NCBI GenBank assembly: GCA_032372955.1 | Contig: GCA_032372955.1_4725.1 | From: Escherichia coli | Lineage (GTDB): Bacteria; Pseudomonadota; Gammaproteobacteria; Enterobacterales; Enterobacteriaceae | Strand: one strand, 5' to 3' | DNA length: 64,000 bases | Shown: piece by piece, positions 56,402-63,707 of the stretch | How the letters are laid out: every line of letters starts with the position of its first letter | Numbering within the stretch: the first letter of the stretch is position 1 | Position numbers and translations under genes: made by a program | Notes under the pieces: generated by a model | What the model saw: only the letters and a program-made list of their open reading frames with translations | What the model was told of the DNA's origin: nothing | The model's database searches: none

Positions 56402-57012
56402 TCCCACCAGAATACGCTTACGATATTCTGGCAATCGACCCTGGCACCGATACACTCGGTGCGTCGTTACTACGTTTGGACGTGCGTGTCGAAGATATTG
56501 AACTGCTGTATGCGGGGACATGGCACGCCTCACGTCGATACGATCCCGATGGCGATATTGCGCTTGGATACGGTAATCGTGCCGCGCGTATCCAAGAACA
56601 CCGTCGTTCGCTGACAACGTTATTGCAAGAGTACCAGCCGCAAGCGGTTGCTTGTGAGACACCGTTCATCGGTCGTTTCAAGCAAAGCGGTATGGCGCTC
56701 AGCGAGCTGTTTTCAGCGATTCAGACAACGGTTATCGACTTTGATCCTACGGTATCTTTCTTAGGGGTTGATAACCGAAGCGCAAAACGCGCTGTTGGGA
56801 TTATGACGTCCCGTGTTGGTAAGGACGATGTTCGCCAGAAAGTGCTGAACCTCATGAACATCACACCCAGAAACGGTGTCGTGTTAGCGAATCTTGATGA
56901 GCATGCGATAGACAGCATCGCCGTGGGTTATTTCGCAGCTGAACTCCTGTTCGAAGAATGGCGTATTCTTGATGACCATCGAAACGGGAAGGTCGGTACA
57001 AAACGCCGTTAG
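56398..57012 (+). CDS. RuvC-like Holliday junction resolvase
   Basis: ATGA overlap with the upstream gene. ILAIDPGTDTLG (first catalytic D), ACETPFIG (E) and DEHAIDSIAVG (terminal acidic pair) match the RuvC-fold motif order. Confidence 0.7.
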   Translation: MIPPEYAYDILAIDPGTDTLGASLLRLDVRVEDIELLYAGTWHASRRYDPDGDIALGYGNRAARIQEHRRSLTTLLQEYQPQAVACETPFIGRFKQSGMALSELFSAIQTTVIDFDPTVSFLGVDNRSAKRAVGIMTSRVGKDDVRQKVLNLMNITPRNGVVLANLDEHAIDSIAVGYFAAELLFEEWRILDDHRNGKVGTKRR

Positions 57013-57044
57013 CAACTCGTACAAAACCCAAGAAGGAAAACGTT

Positions 57045-58226
57045 ATGAATACGGTTGAATGGGGCCTAGTTGATTATTGTCCTCAAGTCCCGGTTATCTG
57101 TGGTGCAGAGAAATACAGCGAAGATCGTTTTATCGTACCGTTGGTCAGTACGACGACAAAACGTCCGGTTAGTGAAGGTGCAATAACCGGTCTGTTGGCG
57201 CATCTTAACGACGGTAAGGTGCCCGTCATTAGCAGTAAAATCGAAGCGGTGCTTGATGGCGCTGAAGTGCTCTTCCCGATTCGTGACGTGAACGATATCG
57301 TCGGTCGCGTTTTAACAGGATGGTTGGAAGACGACGGTGTGGTAAAAGCCTTGATTCATATTGACCGCGATACTCCTAATGCGGAACGTGTGAAACAGGC
57401 ATTGAATTCGGATGCTACGCGTTTGCAGATCACCGTCATGGACGTTGGTGCTGAAAACAAGTATTTAGTTGAATACTTCGTTCCCATGGTGTCCATCGAA
57501 CCTTTTGACCGCATTGTTGAGCAACCTGAACCTACCGCAGATAAAATAGTGACGCCAGCGGTAATGCGAAGTATCACTGCAGACAACTCGGTATTGAACA
57601 ATGAATCTATCATCCTACGTGGTATTGTTCCTACCGGATACAACGGTGAAGCATTATTAGTCAGAATTCCGGAACTTAATAACCGTCGTGTGTTTATCGG
57701 ATGTGTTGGGTATGAAGTTCTGTACTTCGACGCCGAAGGTCGTGCTGTGATTGCGACAAAATCAAAGTTATTTAACCAGCATAAAGCGCAAGCGTCCGCA
57801 ACCCAACCGTACCGGCTGGTGTATTCCGAAGATAAAGTAACGATCTGGTTCGTGAATGGAAACGATACCCTTAATAGTGCTTTTCCAGAGAAAACATTCA
57901 AACCAGTGACATTAATAGAAATGTTCGGTGGTGAGGCATACGTAGCTAATTGTGTTAATGGTCAGTTCCGTCTACCCTCCTGTTGTGAATTCAAGACGGA
58001 TGACACCATTACCGTAAACAATGTGCGTGTAAGTCTAATAAGAATCGACGCTAGTTCCGGTTTTGCGGTGTTTGAACCCCACGGCATGATTCTCGAAAAT
58101 CTTAAAGAGGCTTGTAAGGTCTCAGAACCATTCGGTGATGAACGCAGCCTTATCATCGTTAAACGTACCGATGTTGATCGGGTGGAGATTACAGTATCGC
58201 AGCCGATGTCGGCGAAAACGAAGTAG
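57045..58226 (+). CDS. hypothetical protein (393 aa)
   Basis: GAAGGAAA RBS. No assignable motif. Confidence 0.6.
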   Translation: MNTVEWGLVDYCPQVPVICGAEKYSEDRFIVPLVSTTTKRPVSEGAITGLLAHLNDGKVPVISSKIEAVLDGAEVLFPIRDVNDIVGRVLTGWLEDDGVVKALIHIDRDTPNAERVKQALNSDATRLQITVMDVGAENKYLVEYFVPMVSIEPFDRIVEQPEPTADKIVTPAVMRSITADNSVLNNESIILRGIVPTGYNGEALLVRIPELNNRRVFIGCVGYEVLYFDAEGRAVIATKSKLFNQHKAQASATQPYRLVYSEDKVTIWFVNGNDTLNSAFPEKTFKPVTLIEMFGGEAYVANCVNGQFRLPSCCEFKTDDTITVNNVRVSLIRIDASSGFAVFEPHGMILENLKEACKVSEPFGDERSLIIVKRTDVDRVEITVSQPMSAKTK

Positions 58227-58242
58227 TTAATTGGAGCGGGGA

Positions 58243-58872
58243 ATGTCTCGTAATAAATATATCGTTATTGAAGGCCTGGATTATTCAGGAAAGAGTTCGG
58301 TTATCTCGTCTTTACACAGTCGTTTAAACAACGTCTGTGTCGTACGTGAGCCGGGTGGTACGCTCTACGGAGAAGCCATTCGTAAACTTATCCTGGAAGA
58401 TCAGACGCCAACGAACAGATTCGATCCAGAAACTGAACTATTGGCGATGATGTCGCAACGCAATCATCTCTTCAACAAGGTGATTCATCCAGCCCTTAAC
58501 GAAGGGAAGACTGTGCTTAGCGATCGTTCGATTGCTTCGACGTATGTTTATCAGGTTAATGACGCTAACGTTAAGTTGTTTGATGCGTTGTTGCCGAACT
58601 TACCGTCTATTATCATGCCGTCTTACTACGTTTATCTGGATATTGACTATCCTACGTATTTAAGACGGTTCCGTGTTCGCCACGCTAAACATCAGATGTT
58701 TGATAACATCGATGAAGCGACATTCAATAAACGACGTTATCGTTACATGGATTTTATGGACTATCTCGGCGATGCGAAAACGTTGTGTATAGATACCAGT
58801 AACACACATTCTCCTGTTGATGTCGCTAATCGTGTTTACGACAATCTGTTGAATGCAGGGTTTGTTGAATAA
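58243..58872 (+). CDS. tmk: thymidylate (dTMP) kinase
   Basis: YIVIEGLDYSGKSS is the P-loop of Tmk (IxxEGxDGxGKST), and VREPGGT is the Tmk REPGGT motif. The DRS/Y segment is present (LSDRSIASTYVYQ). I set the start at ATG 58243; the track start is TTG 58231. Confidence 0.85.
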   Translation: MSRNKYIVIEGLDYSGKSSVISSLHSRLNNVCVVREPGGTLYGEAIRKLILEDQTPTNRFDPETELLAMMSQRNHLFNKVIHPALNEGKTVLSDRSIASTYVYQVNDANVKLFDALLPNLPSIIMPSYYVYLDIDYPTYLRRFRVRHAKHQMFDNIDEATFNKRRYRYMDFMDYLGDAKTLCIDTSNTHSPVDVANRVYDNLLNAGFVE

Positions 58873-58889
58873 CGTTTAACGGCATATTT

Positions 58890-58921
58890 CATCCTCCCTT
58901 CCCTTACGGGTTGGGAGGATG
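58890..58921. terminator. conserved Y/R hairpin, copy 10 (between convergent genes)
   Basis: catcctcccttccc-ttac-gggttgggaggatg, then gtttttatgcgc. Confidence 0.7.
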
Positions 58922-58925
58922 GTTT

Positions 58926-59234
58926 TTATGCGCTTTCTACTTCAACGATAAAACGACGGATTTCACCATCAGAGGCTTTCAATGTTTGCGTGTAGGTGAA
59001 TTTTGCGATCCCTGACGGCAGCAATACATGATCGGTATTTTCTGTATCGTGTTGGAAATCTTTATTGGAATCAAGATCGATACTGTTTAAGGCCTTCCGT
59101 ATACGTGGCATCAGTGGATAAAAATCACCGAGATCGCGTAACCCTGGAATGGGTTCTAATACGATTTTGGTTTCAGTGCCAACACCATTCATGACAGGCG
59201 TTGTTGAAGTAAATTCAACGTTCAAATTGCTCAT
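58926..59234 (-). CDS. hypothetical protein
   Basis: The ORF is open to 59339. I prefer ATG 59234 (AAAGG ~10 nt upstream, MSNLNVEF...). The start is uncertain. Confidence 0.45.
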   Translation of the reverse strand: MSNLNVEFTSTTPVMNGVGTETKIVLEPIPGLRDLGDFYPLMPRIRKALNSIDLDSNKDFQHDTENTDHVLLPSGIAKFTYTQTLKASDGEIRRFIVEVESA

Positions 59235-59344
59235 GTTTATAACCTTTTGTTTAACAGACGATGAATAATCATGCATAGGTGTTGGCCCTCGTGAAGACGG
59301 GGGCCTCGACGATTTCTCGTCATACACTAATGCACACATTGTTT

Positions 59345-59467
59345 TCAGCGTAATACATTATGCGTATTACGCCTTTCTTCAGCCATGATAGCAACAGCGT
59401 GTTTAACAGAGAATGCGCAGATACCCGCCAGCAATGCTCTCTCCATTAGAATGAGTAACATGTTCAT
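59345..59467 (-). CDS. candidate small hydrophobic peptide (38-40 aa), not in the ORF track
   Basis: AAAGGAGGGAG lies immediately upstream of ATGAACATG. The product is MNMLLILMERALLAGICAFSVKHAVAIMAEERRNTHNVLR, with a hydrophobic N-terminal half. Its 3' end contains the hairpin at 59348-59372. Confidence 0.3.
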   Translation of the reverse strand: MNMLLILMERALLAGICAFSVKHAVAIMAEERRNTHNVLR

Positions 59468-59540
59468 CTCCCTCCTTTGTGTTATATTCACACCATTTTC
59501 CTATTTTGTTAATTCTTATTCCTGATATTTAACAGCATAA

Positions 59541-59564
59541 AAGCCTGCCCCGAAGGACAGGCTT
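59541..59564 (-). terminator. rho-independent-type hairpin (UUCG loop on the minus strand) followed by TTATGCTGT
   Basis: The minus strand reads aagcctgtcc-ttcg-gggcaggctt, then ttatgctgtt. It lies 5 nt after the stop of gene 59570-60391. Confidence 0.65.
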
Positions 59565-59569
59565 GATGA

Positions 59570-60391
59570 TTAGTAACGACGTAAGCTATCTACGGTGTTG
59601 CCATAACAGTCAGTAATGTACACACTTTCATTGGGATAGATGAAAATGAAACACGTGGTGTGCGTTGTTGTCGATGTATAATCGTCTACAACGGTTGGTT
59701 CGGTATAGCGTAGAACACCAATCGCTTGACTTAAACGGTAATTGTTTTCATCGTTCATCATAGCGTAATGTTCATCGCATCCATCAGATTTAACGACGAG
59801 GTTGTGATGTACCGCCCGAACCCCAGTAGGCTCTTGTTCTTTTAATGGGCCATCCAATTCGATATCATAACCACCATCGGTGGTGGGTGTTGCCGTAGCA
59901 AGAACCGATCCGTATTTCTTTACCAGGGGCGATAAGCTGGTATTGATCTTCGTATTTGGATCGATGTCATCAAAAAGTAACTGATACGTTAACTTAGCGA
60001 ATTCGGGATGAATATCTTTACCCAGCTGGTTGTTCAGGGCGGCAAGGTATTGTTCAAACGTGTTCTCTGGATTAAACACGCAAACGTCATTAAAATCAAC
60101 CAAAACGTTTGATAAAATTTCTGCGTTTTCGCGCACAACGATAGTCGTGAGACTGATTTCCCGTTTTCTTGCGTCCCGAACGAAGTGTCTAACAGCATCA
60201 CCGAATAACTCTGCCCACGTGATACCGTTGATACAGTCATCGGACGTCAGTGTTCTCACGGCTTTATTTTTAGCGTATTCGATAGCTTCTTTGAATACGG
60301 TACTGTTTCGATTACCTAGAACTGGATCGGTCAGGTACATTGGTTGGCTATTGCCGTTAGTAAACAACTTACAAACAAATACTTTTTCCAT
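59570..60391 (-). CDS. hypothetical protein
   Basis: ATG 60391 lies 6 nt after AGGAA; the track start is TTG 60409. It is followed on the minus strand by the terminator at 59541-59564. Confidence 0.6.
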   Translation of the reverse strand: MEKVFVCKLFTNGNSQPMYLTDPVLGNRNSTVFKEAIEYAKNKAVRTLTSDDCINGITWAELFGDAVRHFVRDARKREISLTTIVVRENAEILSNVLVDFNDVCVFNPENTFEQYLAALNNQLGKDIHPEFAKLTYQLLFDDIDPNTKINTSLSPLVKKYGSVLATATPTTDGGYDIELDGPLKEQEPTGVRAVHHNLVVKSDGCDEHYAMMNDENNYRLSQAIGVLRYTEPTVVDDYTSTTTHTTCFIFIYPNESVYITDCYGNTVDSLRRY

Positions 60392-60492
60392 GATAGGTTC
60401 CTGTTTCAAAGATGATGATTCCGAAGATGATTGGTTTAGGCTAAAAGCCTATAAAATTAGTTGCGGATGCCGTATTTATCTTAATCCAACAT

Positions 60493-60517
60493 TTTTCACG
60501 GCTATATTACTTAAGTG
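60493..60517 (+). promoter_or_regulatory. conserved 25-nt promoter-like motif, copy D
   Basis: TTTCACGGCTATATTACTTAAGTGA, located 24 nt upstream of ORF 60542. Confidence 0.55.
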
Positions 60518-60541
60518 AAGTAAGCCAGCGAGATTTCAATC

Positions 60542-61198
60542 ATGGATAAGACTTTCAGTCTCACCGATGTGGAACAACAATGGTTTCCTATCGAAGTGAT
60601 TGAAAGATACTTTCGCTTGGCTAGGAAACTCGACATACCGCAACAGCTACACCGTTTGAGTGCTCGTGGATGGGTAATGCTGAAAGCCTTACGTGTAGGC
60701 GCAAAACGTTTTTACGCTTTCCTGCACGAGAAACTTAACTGCACATGTAAAACCGAATACCGCCATCCACGATGGTTTAAATCAATTTCATCTCAAAAAT
60801 CGAAGGAGTCTATCATGACCAATAAAGATCAGAAAATGAACAACCAGCCGTTTGAACCATCTGAAACGACTGTTGACCAAGAATCCATTAAGCAATCAAC
60901 TTCCAAACAAGAGGAAACCACCATGAACGTACGTTATGATAACCTTGACCGCGATACCTTAGCCCGCTTGGCTGAATCCGAAATTCATCGGAATGAAGCA
61001 GAGGCTGAATACATGCGTCGTATGGCGCTTGATCAAAAGCCTGACCGTAAATGGCAGTATCGTGCTGGGGTTGCGTTAACGGCGACGAGCGCAGCAGCAA
61101 TGGGCGCTATCGCTCTCTTCTACCTGAAACATACGGGTCTGTTTGACGGTTTGTTAGGGGGAAGCAAACCTGATACAAATGAAGAAGCTGCAAGCTAA
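60542..61198 (+). CDS. hypothetical protein with a C-terminal transmembrane segment
   Basis: The ORF starts 25 nt after the promoter-like motif at 60493-60517 and has a weak RBS. An internal ATG at 60815 has a strong AAGGAG 6 nt upstream and may be the real start. The C-terminus reads AGVALTATSAAAMGAIALFYL. Confidence 0.5.
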   Translation: MDKTFSLTDVEQQWFPIEVIERYFRLARKLDIPQQLHRLSARGWVMLKALRVGAKRFYAFLHEKLNCTCKTEYRHPRWFKSISSQKSKESIMTNKDQKMNNQPFEPSETTVDQESIKQSTSKQEETTMNVRYDNLDRDTLARLAESEIHRNEAEAEYMRRMALDQKPDRKWQYRAGVALTATSAAAMGAIALFYLKHTGLFDGLLGGSKPDTNEEAAS

Positions 61199-61299
61199 TT
61201 GATCCAAGGTCCTCTGATATCAGAGGACCTTGCTTTATATCGTTTTTTCTTTTGTTGTTTTTAACCGATCTTCAAGATGCGTATGTAGGGGAGATGACA

Positions 61300-61827
61300 A
61301 TGCAATACACGTTAATGATTTCTGTTTTGGCTATACTTAGTATCGTTGTTGTTTATGGCGCTTTTGCGCTTCTGAATAGCATGCAGACAACCCTACGGGT
61401 TACCCAATTACATTCTGATGGAGCGAGTACTATGACAACACCACTCATCGATTTGCATGAGCATATTTCCCGTAAACCTGCTGAACGTTTCGTATCACGC
61501 CCTGATCCAATCAGTGACGAGGATAAAGGCTATATCACCGCAACGGTTCAACGTACCGTAGAACGTATGTTACGCCCAGTGGAACAACGTGCTGAGTGGT
61601 CAAACGACTTAGACATTGCAACACTGATGCCTGCTTGGTTGTCTGTATTAACACAACAGGTTACTGCGTCTCTTGAACAGGGTAATCTTCTTCCTAGCCG
61701 ATTTACTATTCGTTGGGAAAGAGACGATGATAAAATTGTTCTCTACGCGGATGCGGATGTAGAGAACATCGGTAAAGTACAGTTGCCCATTAATAAGGTA
61801 AAACCGCTTGCCGACTATTGGGTATAA
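61300..61827 (+). CDS. hypothetical protein with an N-terminal transmembrane helix
   Basis: ATG 61300 lies 6 nt after GGGGAG. The N-terminus reads MQYTLMISVLAILSIVVVYGAFALL. Confidence 0.55.
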   Translation: MQYTLMISVLAILSIVVVYGAFALLNSMQTTLRVTQLHSDGASTMTTPLIDLHEHISRKPAERFVSRPDPISDEDKGYITATVQRTVERMLRPVEQRAEWSNDLDIATLMPAWLSVLTQQVTASLEQGNLLPSRFTIRWERDDDKIVLYADADVENIGKVQLPINKVKPLADYWV

Positions 61828-61838
61828 GTGAGGTCGTT

Positions 61839-62252
61839 ATGGATACTTACTATTGGTATATTGGTATCGGTACGATAATTTTTGTTGCTGCAGCTTTTGT
61901 CGCTGGCTTTTATCTCGGTCGTGGGTCACGAGAGTTCATCGTTATTGATACAAGCGATAACGGAACGGCAACGGGTATCTCTGAGTGTTTGATTGAATCA
62001 TTACGTCAGCTACATCGTCGTGGTCGTGGGGTTCCAATGAACCCCGGTAAAATTCAGCGTAAGTTTAATGAACTGTACGGTGCTTGGTTACGGTTACCTG
62101 AAGACGCGCATCTCGACCTGCGGATCGAACAGTCTAACAAAAATTACTATTTCCATTTTCTCAATCATTACACCCATAACACGATAACAACGATTGTCCT
62201 TCCCATCGGCTGGATTACCGAGGGGATTGACGATGTGCATATTAAAACATAA
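61839..62252 (+). CDS. hypothetical protein with an N-terminal transmembrane helix
   Basis: ATG 61839 lies 5 nt after GAGG. The N-terminus reads MDTYYWYIGIGTIIFVAAAFVAGFYLG. Confidence 0.55.
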   Translation: MDTYYWYIGIGTIIFVAAAFVAGFYLGRGSREFIVIDTSDNGTATGISECLIESLRQLHRRGRGVPMNPGKIQRKFNELYGAWLRLPEDAHLDLRIEQSNKNYYFHFLNHYTHNTITTIVLPIGWITEGIDDVHIKT

Positions 62253-62266
62253 GAAGGATCCTTTCG

Positions 62267-62968
62267 ATGAACCCGTTAAAACGCGCAGTGAGTATTATTC
62301 TTAATTTTATCCCAAACTACCAACGTACCGAAAGATACCGTCATTGGTATAATTTCGTTTACCAGCCGGTGGTAGAAGGACATATTGCTAATCTCGAGAA
62401 AGTGGGAGGCGATAAGAAATACTTGACGGTTACGATTCCGGATATTATCCGCAAGATATACGAAGACCAGGAAGAATTTCCTAACGTCGCTGATATTCTG
62501 TTGTTTATACAAGCGTATCGCTTTCGTCTTACACCACCGAAATCTGTAGTACGTCCGTGGTTTGGAACAAAAACAGATGGTGTGGAACAAGCGATGAAAC
62601 AACGTTTTAACGACCAGTTCGCTCGTCATACTCCTCGCGCGTTACGGGTGATGATGGAAATCCTCAATCGTCCTGATATATGCGTCATTCCGATGATCAT
62701 TGAATCGGAACTGTTTTATTTGTTCGATAAACGATTCGAAGTTACCATCATTGAATACGGTGATGGCCTTTTGGTATTCAGTTACGTTGATTGCGATGGC
62801 GTTGGTGATGTTCGTTACGTTGTTCTGGACGTAGAAGACCGCTCGTCAACGATGACGGCAGCGCAGTTACGTCGATTCGTTGCTTACCTCGAATGGCGCG
62901 ACGAGGATGACGAAGTTCGCCGTAAGAACCATGTTCGCCAGAAGTACGCGAGATTATCTGCATCTTAA
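62267..62968 (+). CDS. hypothetical protein
   Basis: 233 aa with AAGGA RBS. It is followed by the terminator at 62976-63026. Confidence 0.6.
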   Translation: MNPLKRAVSIILNFIPNYQRTERYRHWYNFVYQPVVEGHIANLEKVGGDKKYLTVTIPDIIRKIYEDQEEFPNVADILLFIQAYRFRLTPPKSVVRPWFGTKTDGVEQAMKQRFNDQFARHTPRALRVMMEILNRPDICVIPMIIESELFYLFDKRFEVTIIEYGDGLLVFSYVDCDGVGDVRYVVLDVEDRSSTMTAAQLRRFVAYLEWRDEDDEVRRKNHVRQKYARLSAS

Positions 62969-62975
62969 ACCGACG

Positions 62976-63026
62976 GTCACGGCTCTCCTTCATTGGAGAG
63001 CCTGTGACTATCGTTTTTTTTTTTTT
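62976..63026 (+). terminator. rho-independent terminator with a T13 run
   Basis: gtcacggctctcc-ttcatt-ggagagcc(t)gtgac, then tatcg and T13 (63014-63026). Confidence 0.8.
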
Positions 63027-63040
63027 GCTTGACGGCATAA

Positions 63041-63072
63041 CCCTCCTCCAACCCAACAGGGAAGGAGGAGGG
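63041..63072. terminator. conserved Y/R hairpin, copy 11 (inverted orientation, A:A type)
   Basis: ccctcctccaaccc-aaca-gggaaggaggaggg. TTATGCCGTC is on the minus flank (63031-63040) and AATATG on the plus flank. Confidence 0.7.
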
Positions 63073-63078
63073 AATATG

Positions 63079-63705
63079 TTAAGGTGTTGGATTGATTCCG
63101 GCGTCCTGAAGCAATTTGATAAGTTGCTTTTGGGTTGCAAGTAAAGCTGTTATCTGCTTCTCTTGCGTTTCACAGCGTGCGTAAATGGTATCTCGCTCTT
63201 TTATCGCAGCCTGACGACGGGCTTCGTTTATCTGATGTTGTTCCTGAGTAACGGTATCATCGAGCGTGATTTCCATTATTTTAACTTCAGGTTCGACACC
63301 GAGAATATCACTGGCCTTACCTTTCAATATCGTTGTTAAATACGAAAGGTCAAGACCTGGAGGAAGAGGCCCGAAATCGATACCCAGAATAATGCGACGA
63401 TACCGCAATGAATCGTTCTTTGGGTACGACGTGATATACGTATCAGGTACCAGTACGGGCGCACCGTAATCCGGTTGCAACGTAACGAGATAAGCATTCG
63501 CTTCGAGATGCGCATCGAATGTGGATTTGTCTATCGATAACGGTTCGTACAGTTCCGTAAATAGATCGATTCCGCTACCGATGACTTCGCTAAATCTTCG
63601 CAACGCTGTAACGGTATATAGCGTCGACGCACCAACGGTAAACGGCGCTGATACTGTGAATACCCCGACCGCACCGGGACTCGGCGTCATGCGTGTTACA
63701 GCCAT
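63079..63705 (-). CDS. hypothetical protein
   Basis: ATG 63705 lies 6 nt after GGAGG; the track start is TTG 63711. The upstream gene's stop codon lies 2 nt upstream. Confidence 0.6.
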   Translation of the reverse strand: MAVTRMTPSPGAVGVFTVSAPFTVGASTLYTVTALRRFSEVIGSGIDLFTELYEPLSIDKSTFDAHLEANAYLVTLQPDYGAPVLVPDTYITSYPKNDSLRYRRIILGIDFGPLPPGLDLSYLTTILKGKASDILGVEPEVKIMEITLDDTVTQEQHQINEARRQAAIKERDTIYARCETQEKQITALLATQKQLIKLLQDAGINPTP

Positions 63706-63707
63706 AA

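Noticed and set aside
13332-60517. Resemblance of the 25-mer to single-subunit RNAP promoters (ACGACT as in T7 TAATACGACTCACTATAG; TAGGTGACA as in SP6 ATTTAGGTGACACTATAG).
   Set aside because: The matches are short and lie in different registers relative to the conserved block. No T7-like RNAP gene is visible in the window. I treat this as coincidence unless such a polymerase is found elsewhere in the genome.
2057-63140. Annotating the post-hairpin mini-ORFs (for example 35344-35367 MFGYLFF, 47312-47347 MFVIILLFYNF, 19784-19801 MPFTL, 58928-58951 MRFLLQR) as genes.
   Set aside because: Their sequences are dictated by U-rich terminator tails, and their lengths and sequences are not conserved among copies. 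I kept them only as an alternative interpretation of the TTATG motif.
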